The notes below the pieces were generated by a model, which was given only the letters and a program-made list of their open reading frames with translations, made no database searches and was not told where the DNA came from. Positions 62,060-64,000 of a stretch of DNA of 64,000 nucleotides are shown piece after piece; the first letter of the stretch is position 1; the number at the start of each line of letters is the position of its first letter. Position numbers and translations under genes: made by a program. Source of the DNA: Octopus sinensis (lineage: Eukaryota); the NCBI RefSeq assembly GCF_006345805.1, contig NC_043016.1:16492001-16556000 (forward strand), written 5' to 3'.

Positions 62060-64000
62060 ATGAAAAACAACATTCGAGCGAGGTCACTGACAGTGCCGCC
62101 TGACTGGCCCTTGTGACGGTGGCACGTAAAAAAACCCACTACACTCTCGGAGTGGTTGGCGTTAGGAAGGGCATCCAGCTGTAGAAACTCTGCCAGATCA
62201 GACTGGAGACTGGTGCAGCCATCTGGTTCGCCAGTCCTCAGTTAAATTGTCCAACCCATGCCAGCATGGAAAGCAGTCGTTAAACGATGATGACAATGAT
62301 GTGCCTGGTCTTCCTGGATCTACCTCTTCCACAGGATCCCTCAACCTCTAAGGTGTGGTACTTTTTCACACAGCCATCCTCATCCATTCTCACCACATGA
62401 CAATACCAGCACAGTCGTCTCTCTTGCACACCACATCTGATGCTTCTCAAGTCCAACTTCTCTCTCAGGGTACTTATACTCTGTCGGGTATGCACACTGA
62501 CATTACACATCCATCGGAGCATACTGGCTTCATTCCTTGTAAGCTTACGCATGTCCTCAGCAGTCACAGCCCATGTTTCACTGCCATGTAGCATGGCTGT
62601 GTGTACACATGCGTCATACAGTCTGCCTTTTACTCTGAGCGAGCGGCCCTTTGTCGCCAGCAGAGGTAAGAGCTCTCTGAACTTTGCCCAGGCTATTCTT
62701 ATTCCAGCAGCTACACTTTCAGCACACTCTCCCCCTCTACTGACTAAGTCACCAAGGTAACAGAAGCTATCAACTACTTCTAGTTTTTCTCCCTGGAATG
62801 TGGCAGAAGTTGTTCCCTGCACATTTTCAGTGTTTATTGCTCCTGAGCATCTTCCCAGTTAGCCTTCCTTTGACGTTGCTGCACCTCTTATGTGTCCATA
62901 GCTTATACTGGGTACATCTTATGAGGTTTCTACCTATACCTTTTCTACCTGAGGGATCTGAGCTTTGTCTGCCTTCCTGCTTATTAAGACATTGGTTTTA
63001 GCTAGGTTGATTCTAAAGGCCTTCGATTCACTATCAGAACCAGAGGTGTGGAAGCAAGGGTATCATCATCATCATTTAACATCCGTTTTCCATACTAGCA
63101 TGGGTTGGACGGTTCGACCAGGGTCTGGCAAGCCATGGAGGCTGCACCAGGCTCCAGTCTGATTTGGCAGTGTTTCTACAGCTGGATGCCCTTCCTAACG
63201 CCAACCACTTTGTGAGTGTAGTGGGTGTTTTTTATGTGCCACCAGCACAGGGGCCAGAGCAGGCTGGCAAACGGCCACGATCAGTTGGTGCGTTTACGTG
63301 TCACCGACACAGACGCCAGTCAGGCGACGCTAGTATCTGCTGCGTTCGGAAAGTGCTTTTTACGTGTCACCGGCATGGGTGTGTTAACTACAATTTCCAT
63401 TTTATATTTATTTTGATGTTGATGTACTTGACTCAATAGGAAGCACAGCAGATCACCCTACAATCCAAGGTTGGCACAGCAGACCATCCTGCGATCCATG
63501 AACTCACGTCATTTGTCGGGTCTTCAAAGTCACAGCATATCTCCAGAGGTCTCGGTCTTTCATCATAGCCTTTGTGAGCCCAATGTACAAAGGTCATGCT
63601 TGACCACCTCATCCCATGTCTTCCTGGGTCTACCTCTACCCCGGATTCCTTCAACAGTTTAGGAGTGGCACTTCTTCACACATCTCTCCTCATCCATCCT
63701 TAGTACATGACCATACCAACGCAATCGTCTCTCCTCCACGCTGCATCCAATGCTTCTTATGTCCAACATTTCTCTCAGGACGCTGACACTGTCGTGCATG
63801 GACACTGACATTACACATCCAGTGGATCATGCTAGCTTCATTTCTTTCAAGCCTACACATGTCCTCCACAGTCACAGCCCATGTTTCACTGCCATGAAGC
63901 ATGGCAGTTCGCACACATGTGTCATACAATCTACCTTTCACTCTGAGCAAGAGACCCTTTGTCACCAGTAGGGGGAGAAGCTTCCTAAACTTTGCCCAAG
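62060..64000. mobile_element. RTE LINE fragments (62300-63060 and 63480-64000, minus strand) and tails
   Basis: FQGEKLEVVDSF.YLGD, AMLHGSETW and similar motifs. Confidence 0.85.

Noticed and set aside
54660-64000. Next ABCB8 exon (GKST...ERFYDP)
   Set aside because: Not found by eye in this interval; it probably lies beyond the window, and the 100-N gap could also hide sequence.

Overview
AT-rich, microsatellite-dense eukaryotic DNA. The SINE, RTE and Penelope content is most consistent with an octopus (coleoid cephalopod) genome; this is an inference from repeat families. The only well-supported host gene is a + strand mitochondrial ABC half-transporter, ABCB8. I reconstructed 11 phase-compatible GT-AG coding exons (16146-54659), running from a presequence-like N-terminus to Walker A; the remaining exons were not found and probably lie beyond the window. 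A possible divergent gene starts about 175 bp upstream of the ABCB8 ATG. The rest is mostly transposon debris: mariner and Tc1 transposons, MITEs, Tx1/L1-like, RTE, R4/Dong-like and CR1/L2-like LINEs, tRNA-derived SINEs, Penelope-like elements and minisatellites. Three things stand out. (1) Several distinct minimal type I hammerhead ribozyme (HHR) motifs sit in Penelope pLTRs, including a fully paired U3-A8 core variant at 893-932. (2) One pLTR family joins a tRNA-like Pol III head, an (AAT)n tract and an HHR; it occurs stand-alone, as about 190-200 nt tandem units, and fused to a GIY-YIG ORF end, which resembles retrozymes. (3) Three divergent 1.6-1.8 kb ORF1-only (zinc knuckle, no RT) retroelements have flanking duplications, and one is inserted immediately 5' of an HHR. 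All alignments, translations and folds were done by eye, and repeat boundaries are approximate.
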